Below are positions 26,471-37,100 of a stretch of 58,060 bases of DNA, piece by piece (within the stretch, counting starts at the first letter, position 1; every line of letters starts with the position of its first letter). The DNA is from a virus (Duplodnaviria; Caudoviricetes), in the IMG/VR virus record IMGVR_UViG_3300011444_000012, positions 1 to 58,060 of that record; one strand, given 5' to 3'. The notes beneath the pieces were generated by a model. The model searched no databases and was not told the DNA's origin. It saw only the letters and a program-made list of their open reading frames with translations. The position numbers and the translations under genes were made by a program.

Positions 26471-27234
26471 CTTTCACCAACTTAGATTCGATTTGTAGGA
26501 ATACGCTTTTGAAGCGGGGCTACCCAATGCACTATTATTTGCAGTTCCTTGTTTATGCAGCAGCAGGATTACGTGAACTTAGCATGGATAGCATAGCTGT
26601 TATTAATACCAAACTAATTCCGGTTGACCAAAATACAAACGAAGCAGACTTGCCAAATGATTACATGGATTTTATAGAAGTAGGTGTTCCGGTAGGGCAG
26701 AAAATAAAACCATTAGTAAGGGGTAATACGTTAAATAGCCTACCATCTTATACAAGCAATTTCACGCAACAGGAATATTTTCAAAGGGATTCAAGCGGCA
26801 ATAACCTTTACTATTACCCATTCCCTCTTTATTGGAATACTGTTGTATGGAATAGCTATGGCGAAAACATAGGAAGGTTATTTGGATGGGGTGCAGGCAA
26901 TCCGTCAGATACATTTGCCGTAATACCTGAAAGGAATGTAATTAAGATAAACGAAGGCATGAGCGCAACCAACATTGTGCTTCAATATATATCGGATGGC
27001 ACAAGTGCAGATGCAGCGACACAGATTACGCCTTATGCCTTTGATACCATTTACAAGTACATTATTTGGCAGCATAAAGAAAACAACAGAACATATAGTG
27101 AAGGGGAAAGAATGAGGGCTAAGATGGAATTTAAAGATGCTCACGGGGTATTGAGAGCAAGGGTAAACGGTATTACATTGGACGAAGTAAAACGCATAGC
27201 ACAAGATAAGTTCACGCAAGCAAGCAGGTATTAG
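26467..27234 (+). CDS. Putative tail tube/ring protein
   Basis: LPNDYMDF...LQYISDG...YIIW pattern. Confidence 0.55.
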   Translation: MTFTNLDSICRNTLLKRGYPMHYYLQFLVYAAAGLRELSMDSIAVINTKLIPVDQNTNEADLPNDYMDFIEVGVPVGQKIKPLVRGNTLNSLPSYTSNFTQQEYFQRDSSGNNLYYYPFPLYWNTVVWNSYGENIGRLFGWGAGNPSDTFAVIPERNVIKINEGMSATNIVLQYISDGTSADAATQITPYAFDTIYKYIIWQHKENNRTYSEGERMRAKMEFKDAHGVLRARVNGITLDEVKRIAQDKFTQASRY

Positions 27235-27235
27235 C

Positions 27236-30200
27236 ATGATTAACGAAAAGAAAGCATTCAATAATTTAAACGCAGATGATTCAGTAAGGTTTTTGGGAGA
27301 GAACGAATACCTTAATATGGAGAATATGCGCTTGGGTGTGAATGAATTTGGTTATCAGGGAACTTTACAGAACATACCTTCAACACAATTATTAGATACC
27401 ATAGCATTGCCAAGCGGCACTAACCTAACCATAGGCAGGGTATCAGATATAAGCGGCAACAGGCTTTTTAGGTTCAACTATAACAGCGAAGGCGAAAATG
27501 GGATTTACTGCCAAGATTTATCAGCAGGGGTAACTTATATCGTTTTATTGAGTAGTCAGGTGGATGGCGGATTAAATTTCTTGCCCGCTTATAGAGTTGA
27601 CAGAAACGCAAGGATAATAAGTAATCTTTTATTCTGGACGGACAATAATAATGAGCCAAGATGCATAAATATAGAACGGGGGATTAAACTTAATCAGCCA
27701 GGGTACATTACCTATATAACTCCCTACGCAACACCAATACCTGAAACAGATATAACTATAATCGTAAAGCCACCAGTATATCAATTAGAGGTAGAGAAAA
27801 TAGCAGACGGCGGGTTCACAAATAATTTTACGAGCAATGATGCTTTCCAGTTCTATTATTTTTATCAATACAGGGATTATCAAGAATCAGCTAATTCAGT
27901 TATAAGTGATCTAATCCCATTCAACTTTGAAGATGATACCTATAATTCCGTTAAAATACAAATACCGTTTGATGAACATATAGAAGATTATGTTCTTGCT
28001 ATAAATTTAGTTGTAAGGTTCGGGAATAAAGGCAAAAGCTTTTTAATATACACATGGAATAAAGACATTGCTTACGATGCTATAGCAATCGCAAGTCATA
28101 ATGCGGGGGCTGTCCAATTATACTATTTCTTTTATAATAATAAGGTAGGTGCAGCACTTTCGGATATACAAGCAAATACACCATTTCACGGGGTTGCATT
28201 AAAAGCTAAAACGCTTGAAATAGCTAAGAACAGGGTATTCTTAGGGGATGTTTTAAAAGGGTACAACTCACCATTGATAACGAGCTTAACCCTAACAGCA
28301 GAAGCCGCTACCACTACTGAAATATGTGTTAAATCTGGTTCTTCTTATGTTGGTTCTGTAACCTTTTTTGATAGGTATAAAAGACCGTGCGGCAGAGTTC
28401 CGTTAGGTGCGGTTTTGACAATTCCATACCGGACAAGAACACAGACAACCTTTGTTCCTGCAATGGATTGGACATTGAGCAATACCAATGCATTAACTGA
28501 AATACCGGATTCGCTTTATTATTATCAGATATGCCTAAGTCTAAACCAGGCAAGAAGTTTCTATGTTCAAACGTTAGCGCAGGATATTACTTATGTGCAA
28601 AGGACAGATACAGGTGAAATAGTAAACATAGGCGTAGTATATGATAATGCAAATACGTATGCCATTTCAGTAAATATAGGTTCATTATTAGCGGTTGGGG
28701 AAGGGTATGTGTTTTCAGACGGTGATTACGCTACATTGCAAACACAATATAATGAAGAAACATTAAGGGTATTAGGGCAAGATGGCAATAATGTTTGGTT
28801 GACACCCAAAGAATTTTTATTAGCTTATTCAAGGTATTTTTATGAAAGCGATTCAGCCTCTAACGTATGGGACGATCCAAATTCTTATTATTTTATATTA
28901 GACTACGTAAGTTCGGAAAATCCATCAGCGAGTATTACACCATCTTCAGTAGCTACAGTTGGTGCAACGGGTGATATAGATAATACAGACAATCACCCTG
29001 TTATGACATTTACCATACCATCGGTAATAGACACAAGGTTTCAAATAAATGTTGCTATCAACTTTAAGGCGGGGAATATAGGGGATAACCCGTATTCTAT
29101 GCAAATCAGAGCCGTAGCAACACACCCAACTTTGACAAATGTAGATATAGAGGTTTATGGTAAAGTAAATGCGGTAAGCGGGGAAATTTATGATGATAAA
29201 GGCTTCGGGGTAATTACTATTCCAGCAGGGTATGAGAAGTTGTTTATATATACAAACTTAGCAGGCGCACATACTCATATATTCAATATATCAATAGCTA
29301 TAACAAGCGTAGTTGACATAAATAGTTTAATTGAAATATTCACGCCTTATAAGCCTTCAGACAATGATCCGTTCTTTGGTGTTGGGGAAATAATGCCGAT
29401 AACAAATCCAACCACAATATCAAGACAATATTCAGTATTAAGTGGGACAATAGAAGGGGATAGCTACATTATTGATAGAACAGTAACCATTGATGATGTA
29501 GATTATGATTTTAAGGTAGAAAGTATGTCTCCCAATGATAATGTATGGCAAAGGTGGGAAAGGAATTTGGGATGGCCTTCATTCATTGATAGGGTAGGGC
29601 AGCAACTAAAAGAGACTTCTATTGATTGGTCTGATACGTATATTAATGGAACTAAGACAAATGGGTTAAATAATTTCGAACCGTTAAATACCAAAGACAT
29701 AGGTTCAAGTTCAGGTAGCATACAAAAACTACAACTAACAAGCAAGCAGCAGGAAGATGGTACAGTAATGCTTGTGGTAACAGATGCAGATTCTTTATCA
29801 GCTTACTTGCAAGAAGTACAGTTATACAAAGCGGCAACAGTAGAAGGCTTAATAACAACAGATGCAGTAATAGGAACTATCAACCCTCACCAAAACGGGA
29901 GAGGTACATTAAATCCCGAAAGCGTAGTTGAATATAATGGTGTGGCATGGTGGTGGGATGTAGTTCACGGAGTAGTAGCCCAATACGCACAGGATGGTAT
30001 TACTACGGTAAGTGATAATAAATTAGTAAGATTTGCTGATAGGTGGTCTAAAAGATACATGGCTTTAGGTAGGGCAGCAGTAGAGGCATTATGTGGTTTC
30101 TCTTATATAGATAGTTGCGTGGATGCTTCGACAGATGAAGTGTTTTTCTGTTTGCCACAAGTGGAAGAAAATGTATTCGTATCAATACTGCCTTCATACG

Positions 30201-31123
30201 CAAGGAGAGGGGTATGGAAATACACAACCTTATTTTACGATGCAGGGAGTGGTACAGAAGAAATAATTATATATTATGTATGGCTTGAAGAAGATGGATC
30301 ATCATATTATCCATCAATATATCAAAACCCAAATGATTTACCATTTGAGGTAAATTTTAATAAAATAGATATTGTTGGGTTTTCCGAAGATGCTCTTATA
30401 GAGTATATATTGAATTTTACATCACCGCCAAGTGGCACATGGTTACCAGGTCAAACACCTGTATTTAATTGGACAGACCCATTAGAATGGGTAGAATTGT
30501 TTGTCGCTGATTATGCAACAAGCGTACAAAACAGGTTTGATATTTACGATGGTCAGCCCAAAATAATATCTTATAAATTCTTTCAAAACGTATGGCAAGG
30601 GTGCTACTTATGGCTACCCGATTGCATGGATTATTTAGGCAATAGATTGGTGGGTTATAAGAACGGGCAAGCATGGTTATTTAATGAAGACAATACTTCA
30701 TTCAACAGCATCTTCGGGGTTCAATATCCACAGAGAATATGCCTTACCGCCAATGCAAATCCAAGCCTTATAAGAGATGTAATGCAACTCGCTATTGAAG
30801 GTAATTTTATACCACCAACATTTACAGTAGTATATTCGGATAGCCCTTACGTACAGATAACAGACTTGGTAGATACCGATTATGTAAATGATGAAAGTGT
30901 ATTGGATGTAACAGTTTTAAGGGATAGGTTAAGCCCTAATGCGACAGGGACAGCAGATGAAAAATTATATACAGGGGATGTGGTTAAGTCGGCATACCCG
31001 TTACTTATGATGGAATTTACAACATACGATTACGCATTAGCTATAAATATGTTGAACATCGGGTTCGCTGTTTCCAGAGGGCATAATAACATATTACAAA
31101 AACCAACTAAAACTAAAGAATAA
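27236..31123 (+). CDS. Large tail stabilisation/nozzle protein
   Basis: LNADDS...EYLNMENMR start, LLFWTDNNNEPRCINI, NPESVV..G..WWWD; 1295 aa. Confidence 0.7.
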   Translation: MINEKKAFNNLNADDSVRFLGENEYLNMENMRLGVNEFGYQGTLQNIPSTQLLDTIALPSGTNLTIGRVSDISGNRLFRFNYNSEGENGIYCQDLSAGVTYIVLLSSQVDGGLNFLPAYRVDRNARIISNLLFWTDNNNEPRCINIERGIKLNQPGYITYITPYATPIPETDITIIVKPPVYQLEVEKIADGGFTNNFTSNDAFQFYYFYQYRDYQESANSVISDLIPFNFEDDTYNSVKIQIPFDEHIEDYVLAINLVVRFGNKGKSFLIYTWNKDIAYDAIAIASHNAGAVQLYYFFYNNKVGAALSDIQANTPFHGVALKAKTLEIAKNRVFLGDVLKGYNSPLITSLTLTAEAATTTEICVKSGSSYVGSVTFFDRYKRPCGRVPLGAVLTIPYRTRTQTTFVPAMDWTLSNTNALTEIPDSLYYYQICLSLNQARSFYVQTLAQDITYVQRTDTGEIVNIGVVYDNANTYAISVNIGSLLAVGEGYVFSDGDYATLQTQYNEETLRVLGQDGNNVWLTPKEFLLAYSRYFYESDSASNVWDDPNSYYFILDYVSSENPSASITPSSVATVGATGDIDNTDNHPVMTFTIPSVIDTRFQINVAINFKAGNIGDNPYSMQIRAVATHPTLTNVDIEVYGKVNAVSGEIYDDKGFGVITIPAGYEKLFIYTNLAGAHTHIFNISIAITSVVDINSLIEIFTPYKPSDNDPFFGVGEIMPITNPTTISRQYSVLSGTIEGDSYIIDRTVTIDDVDYDFKVESMSPNDNVWQRWERNLGWPSFIDRVGQQLKETSIDWSDTYINGTKTNGLNNFEPLNTKDIGSSSGSIQKLQLTSKQQEDGTVMLVVTDADSLSAYLQEVQLYKAATVEGLITTDAVIGTINPHQNGRGTLNPESVVEYNGVAWWWDVVHGVVAQYAQDGITTVSDNKLVRFADRWSKRYMALGRAAVEALCGFSYIDSCVDASTDEVFFCLPQVEENVFVSILPSYARRGVWKYTTLFYDAGSGTEEIIIYYVWLEEDGSSYYPSIYQNPNDLPFEVNFNKIDIVGFSEDALIEYILNFTSPPSGTWLPGQTPVFNWTDPLEWVELFVADYATSVQNRFDIYDGQPKIISYKFFQNVWQGCYLWLPDCMDYLGNRLVGYKNGQAWLFNEDNTSFNSIFGVQYPQRICLTANANPSLIRDVMQLAIEGNFIPPTFTVVYSDSPYVQITDLVDTDYVNDESVLDVTVLRDRLSPNATGTADEKLYTGDVVKSAYPLLMMEFTTYDYALAINMLNIGFAVSRGHNNILQKPTKTKE

Positions 31124-31548
31124 TGCCAAACTTTTTAGAAGAAGCACATGGGGATGATGGTAGAAATATGGCTGCATTATACACCCCATTTGGCAAGCAA
31201 TCAGCCCTCGCAATGTCTCAAGGCTGGTTCCCGGAGACAGATGATAAAGGTGTGGTTACTTATAAAAACAAGTACACTAATGCCTTTAATAATGTGATAC
31301 TACCAAACAAAAACGAAAGAGGTCATATAGCCTTAATAGGTTACCCAAACCAAAAATTCGATATAGTAATAAGAGACAAGAACGGTAATATAGAGCATAC
31401 AGTATATAAAGGTATTTCACCGGAAGACGTGCAGAAGTATATAACCAACGATCAAAGCGTAGTAGCCCAAAGAAATAATTCAGTTGTAGCAGGGGCAAAC
31501 ATAGATAAGCCGGATGAACAAGGCGGGTACGTAGGTATAATGAAATAA
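31123..31548 (+). CDS. Hypothetical protein in the virion module
   Basis: 141-aa coupled ORF. Confidence 0.6.
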   Translation: MPNFLEEAHGDDGRNMAALYTPFGKQSALAMSQGWFPETDDKGVVTYKNKYTNAFNNVILPNKNERGHIALIGYPNQKFDIVIRDKNGNIEHTVYKGISPEDVQKYITNDQSVVAQRNNSVVAGANIDKPDEQGGYVGIMK

Positions 31549-31550
31549 GT

Positions 31551-32078
31551 ATGGTACAAGAAATATTAATACGGCAAGATGATGAACTAATAGATGCTTT
31601 GGAAGTAGCTATGATGGAAGCAGCATTGGATGATAACAGCAACGTGGCATTTGCTGATTGCCCCGTAATCCATGACTTCTTCCCTAACTTATATGTACGT
31701 ACAATTCTAATGGCAGCAGGGGTTACCATCACTTCAAAAATTCACAAAACTTGCCATCCCTTCAGAGTAATAGAAGGTATAGTTCATGTTAAAATAGATA
31801 ATGGAGAATGGGAAAGAATAGAAGCACCATACAGAGGGGTTACCAAAGCTGGAACAAGAAGGGTATTGAGAATAGAAAAAGATGCGGTATGGGAAACGTT
31901 TCACTCATTGCCGTTTATAACAGGTTGCGAAAATGACTTGTCGGATGAAGAAAAAGAACAAGTGCTTCAGCGTATCGAGGATGGCATTTTAGACCCTTAT
32001 CAAAACAAATTGGTTGGTGCAATAGTTACAAGAAACACATTAAAATATACAGAAAATGAAAACGGATTTCTTACCTAA
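31551..32078 (+). CDS. Cupin-fold phage protein
   Basis: H.F.P.LYVR.I..AG...TSKIHKT.H....G...AP....T.AGTRR. Confidence 0.75.
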   Translation: MVQEILIRQDDELIDALEVAMMEAALDDNSNVAFADCPVIHDFFPNLYVRTILMAAGVTITSKIHKTCHPFRVIEGIVHVKIDNGEWERIEAPYRGVTKAGTRRVLRIEKDAVWETFHSLPFITGCENDLSDEEKEQVLQRIEDGILDPYQNKLVGAIVTRNTLKYTENENGFLT

Positions 32079-32637
32079 TTTTCAACGAAGCTGGGTTGCG
32101 GTGGCAGTAGTGGGTGTTGGGGCAGCAATAAAAATAGGTACATCAATACACCAACACAATCAGGCTAAAAAGATAAAAGAATCTTACAAGCCCTATACGC
32201 CTGCACCAGAAGCAGGAGATAAGTTGGCGACAGCTAAGAATGTATATAATGGGCAAATGCCAGGAACGCAAAACTATCTACAAAACATTCAGGCGGCGCA
32301 ATCTAATTTCCAATCCAATACGCAAAGAAATGCAACGGATAGCAGCCAAGCCTTATTGTTAGGTAGTTTAGCGTATGGTCAAGGCAATAACCTAGCAAGT
32401 GATTTACAAGATAAAGAAGCGGCTTATAAGTTGCAAACGCTTAATAATCTGAATGAAGGGTATGATACCCAACTTGGCGAAAGCGATAAAGTATATCAAT
32501 CAATGCTTCAAAAGTATATGATAGATGCACAACAGAAAGCAGCGTTAAGAGGTGCAGCAATGAATAACCTGTCAAGTGGTATTAGTGATTTGGGTAGTGC
32601 AGCCGCTTACGGGCAAGCAGGCAGTAAGGCGGGATAA
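32056..32637 (+). CDS. Putative ejection/internal virion protein
   Basis: SWVAVAVVGVGAA hydrophobic N-region; Q/A/N-rich helices. Confidence 0.65.
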   Translation: MKTDFLPNFQRSWVAVAVVGVGAAIKIGTSIHQHNQAKKIKESYKPYTPAPEAGDKLATAKNVYNGQMPGTQNYLQNIQAAQSNFQSNTQRNATDSSQALLLGSLAYGQGNNLASDLQDKEAAYKLQTLNNLNEGYDTQLGESDKVYQSMLQKYMIDAQQKAALRGAAMNNLSSGISDLGSAAAYGQAGSKAG

Positions 32638-32663
32638 TATAAAATTATAAACACATAAGTATA

Positions 32664-34112
32664 ATGGCTATTCCTTTTGTATCCGGCGACCAGTTTCCAG
32701 CAGAATGGGCGCATACGTTACCAGAACAAACTTCGGCTTTTCGGGGATTGGAGCAACTCATTAATGTAAAGCAGCAGAATAAGGCTTTGGATGCCGAAGA
32801 AAAGAGGCGTAAAGATTTGCAAGATGAAAGAGAAGAAGCCAAAAGATCGCAGATATTAGGTCAAAGACAAGACGCATTAAAATATCATACAGGCTTACAG
32901 GTTTTTGATGATTTTGCAGATAGGAGAGCGCAGGATATTTTAGAAAAGTATTCAACCGATCCAGCATTAACAAATCTACCACCTGCTCAATTTGCAGCAT
33001 CTTTGAATCAAGCATGGTTGCCGATAGTAACCGGGTATGGTGCAGTAAAGAATAAACTGAATGCTGAAACCACTTCCATTAATCAAACAGTAGCACAAAA
33101 CAAATGGATAGACAAAGACCAATTAACAAGAGATGTATATAATGGTATAGCATCAGAATATATGCAGCCGGATCAAAATGGTGAAATGACATTTGTACCA
33201 CCGGACAGAGCCAACTATGACCAAAGTTTTACTGAACAAGCATTAGCATCCCCTGACGCTTTTAAATACGCAAATGAAAATGCCACAGCAGAACTTTATA
33301 AAACAATAGCACAACCAAAAGAAGAAAACAGAAACTACATATTAAATAACCCCGATAATAGCAGTTCGGTATATCAAGGTAAGTTAAGCCCATTTGAAAC
33401 AGAAAATGTAGTACCTGACGAAAAAGGATTTGTTAAGCAAGCACCTAGCTATTCAATAGCAACAGAAGGTAGAACAGATGCAGCAGGTAATCCAATAAAT
33501 TCTTTACCAAAAGAAACAATGGATAACTATATGCTTAATACGGCAGGCAACCAAATGGCATTTAAAAAGCTATTCAACGATTATGCAGACAAAATGAAGG
33601 TTGATAAAACTAGCCCATTGGAACAACAGAAGTTTGCATATACCATGATTAAAAATCTTAGGAATAATCAACCTGCATTACACTCATATCAAAGACCGCC
33701 AAAAATAAGCAATACCACTAATGTAAGCGTAGGTGATACCAAAGTAAATGATGTTTATAATAAAACGGCTACCGCCTTATCACAAGCAAAAGAACAAGGG
33801 GCATCATTAGTGCCATTGACAAATTTGGATGCGGATGCAAGAGAACTAATTGTAAAATCAGTTAATGCAGGAAGAAATGCGGATAACCAAATACCAATAG
33901 AAAGCATAAGATTAGTATTAGCTGATAATGGAGAAATAAGAGCCGTTGATATGAATGCAGGCGGGGATGTGGTTGGTGTATTTTCACCGCAAGGGTTGAA
34001 TCTGAAAGCCAATACAAGCCAAAAGCAGAAACAGAATATACTTCAAGGGAGCAATCAGCCGGCAAGCCAACCTAAACAAAATTCATCTAACAGACCAAAA
34101 GTAGATTATTAA
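32664..34112 (+). CDS. Putative internal virion/ejection protein
   Basis: 482 aa, helical, between the small and giant ejection-like genes. Confidence 0.55.
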   Translation: MAIPFVSGDQFPAEWAHTLPEQTSAFRGLEQLINVKQQNKALDAEEKRRKDLQDEREEAKRSQILGQRQDALKYHTGLQVFDDFADRRAQDILEKYSTDPALTNLPPAQFAASLNQAWLPIVTGYGAVKNKLNAETTSINQTVAQNKWIDKDQLTRDVYNGIASEYMQPDQNGEMTFVPPDRANYDQSFTEQALASPDAFKYANENATAELYKTIAQPKEENRNYILNNPDNSSSVYQGKLSPFETENVVPDEKGFVKQAPSYSIATEGRTDAAGNPINSLPKETMDNYMLNTAGNQMAFKKLFNDYADKMKVDKTSPLEQQKFAYTMIKNLRNNQPALHSYQRPPKISNTTNVSVGDTKVNDVYNKTATALSQAKEQGASLVPLTNLDADARELIVKSVNAGRNADNQIPIESIRLVLADNGEIRAVDMNAGGDVVGVFSPQGLNLKANTSQKQKQNILQGSNQPASQPKQNSSNRPKVDY

Positions 34113-34114
34113 TT

Positions 34115-37100
34115 ATGCCTAATGATAGTCTTAAAAAAGTTTACGATGCAGTATCTACCAAATTTGATTTAGGTACTTATGATGAATTTGCACAAAAGAT
34201 AAAAGACCCAATACGTAGAAAGAAATTATTTGATGCTGTTAGTAATGATTTTGATTTAGGGGATTATAATACTTTCAATCAGAAATTAGGATTTGATAGC
34301 CAAGAAGTAAAGCAGCAACAGAAGCAAGATTTTGCGGGTGCAATAAATACCTATAACACCCAACACGCAGGGCAACAACCCGATCCATCAGCATTAGGAT
34401 ATGATGTTGGTATGTCTCCAAAAGGATTTAGTTCCGAAACTCTTGCTAAGAATAAAAAGGCAGAAGAAGAAAAATTAAATAAAGCAGCCGAAAACACCTT
34501 TGCTAAAACAATGGGGCAAGGTGCTTATACAAAAGGCGATAGTGCTAAGTTGGTAAATAATTTAAAAGCAGGGGTTAAAGCAGGAGATTTAATAATTAAG
34601 AAAGATGCACAAGGCAATGATGTTATTAAAAATTCAGGGAACTTTTTACAAAGTTTTAAGGCATCAGCAGATTTAGCATACGCAACAGGGTTAGAAAATA
34701 ATTATTTAAGAAGCGTAAGTAAAGATGAAGCTATATCTTACTTAAATAGGGTAGCAGAAAAACCAGAAACGGGGATAGTAAAAGAGCCTATTTATGAGCC
34801 AAGTGGGGTAAGCCAAATGGCGGGGCAGAATGCAGATTTTTTAGGGAAGGCTACAATGGGGGCAATGGCATTGGGGCAGACCGGGCTAACGGGTGGCGGC
34901 AGTATTGGCAGTTTTCTTGCTATTGTAGATGATTTAGATAAATCGGGGTATTCGCAACAACTAAAGATAAATTATTATCAACTAAAACAAGAAGGGTTAA
35001 GTGATAGTGAGGCTTTTGATAAAGCTACTCATGCCGCATTGGTTGGTGAAGCAGTAAGTTTGGGAACGGGTGCATTGCTTTCGGGCGAAATAAAAATGTT
35101 ATCAAAACCAACAGTTTCCACAGAAGGGTTTACAAAGTCATTAGAGCATACGTTTAAATCAGCACCCAAAGTATTAGGGGCAACAGCAGCAGGTTCAGTT
35201 GTAAATGATATTGAAACAAACGCAATAGCCAATGGCAACCCAATAGATGCTAAAGAAATGGCTGCTAATGCAGGCGAACACGCTAAAGAAATGGCGGTAA
35301 TGCACTTTGCGTTAGGTGGTATGACAGCAATAGCCAATGGTCAAAAATCAATAGTACCAAGCTATGCAAGGCCACAGATGGAAAACATAGTGGCAAGTGC
35401 AGACAGAAACCAAGTAACAGCCTACCTATCATCCAAAGAACAGAACGGTGAAATACCACAAGGCACAACAGCAAAAGTATTAGGTACGTTATCTAAGTTT
35501 GACCAACAGAAAGCAGTTGTAGCACCTTTTAGAATATCTGAAGAAAGCAAAGCAGCAATAGCAGGTAAACTTGTTCAGAAACAAAAGCTATTGGATGAAA
35601 AAGCATCATTAAAGCCAAACGAAAATGCTTTCCCCGAAAGAATTAATGAGATTGATAAAGAAATCAACGGCATTGATGGAGAAATCAATAAACTCTATAA
35701 TGCGAAGAATCCTTTTGAAAAAGAAACTGACACGAATACAGGCGATAAATCTTATCAACCAAAGACGTTTGAAGAACTTAAACCACAAGAAAAAAATGGC
35801 ATTATAGTTCCTAAAGAATACGGCGATGTTGAAATTGTTGAAAGAGGGGAAGGAGAAAATAAAACATATACAGCAAAAGCATATTCCATAGATCAACAAG
35901 GAAGCCTTTCAATTAAGAAAAATATTCACGATGAAGCAGGCTTTACTGATAAAGACAAAGCACAAGCCGCCGCCGATAACGCATTAAAACAACACTACTA
36001 TGAAAACGGATTACATGACAATGCCAAACCAGATAAAAAAATAGTAGGCAAGCCGGAAGATATTTCAAAGCCAATAGATTTAAGCACAGATGTTCCACTT
36101 GATGCAGAGGTTAAAATAATGGCAAATAAAATAGCAAGAGGGGAACAAGAGAATACGCCGGAAGCAAAACAATTCTATGAAAACAACAAAAATGCAATAG
36201 AAAATGAACTTAGAACCATTGCCGAAAAAGAAAAGCAAGCCAAAACAGAAAAGCTTACCGAAGAAACAGTCCCAGGAACTACAGCAGTTGATGAACCAAC
36301 AGGCAAGCCCGCAAATGAAGGCAGCAAGACAAAAGAAGATGTTGTTGAGCCTATACAATCACAGCAAGAAGGTGTGGCGAGGCTGAAAAATGATGATAGA
36401 CAGTATGTAAAAAGTATTTTCCCAGAAACTAAAATTTTAAATAAAAATAATGAGCCGCTAAAGGTATATCATGGTAGTAGAAGTGAGGAAGATTTTAATG
36501 ATTTTGAACGTGGAGATATAGGATTCCATTTTGGCGATAAAAGGCAAGCGGAACAAAAAGGGGATAAAATTATTGAAGCATTTTTGGATATAAAAAACCC
36601 GCTTAAATTAAATGATAAAGGGGCTTTTGAGGGGCAAGAATTAGTAGATGAATTATATAAGGTCAAGGTACTATCTAAAGATGAATACAATTTTTTTACT
36701 AAAGAAATGAATGAATTGCCTAATGATGAAATTTACGGGTATGATACTGAAATAAATAAACAACTTAGACAAAAAATAAAAGATAAGGGGTATGATGGCA
36801 TCCAATACCAGAATATGTATGAAACAGGGCGAAATAATAACCCAACTATGATTGCGTTATACCCACATCAAATTTTAATGGCAGATGGCAGAAATTTGGG
36901 AACTATTCTAAAAAGTAAATCGGAAGGAGAATTAAATAATGAAAAAGAAAATCAGATTAATAACGAAATCGAAGAAACACCGAAACAGGAAGTGGAATCT
37001 GTGTCAAATCAGAATGATAATTTACAATCCACCAAAAATTCACTAATAGAAGACATATCCAAAATACCATTAGAGGGGGTAAGCAAAACTGCTTATGAAG

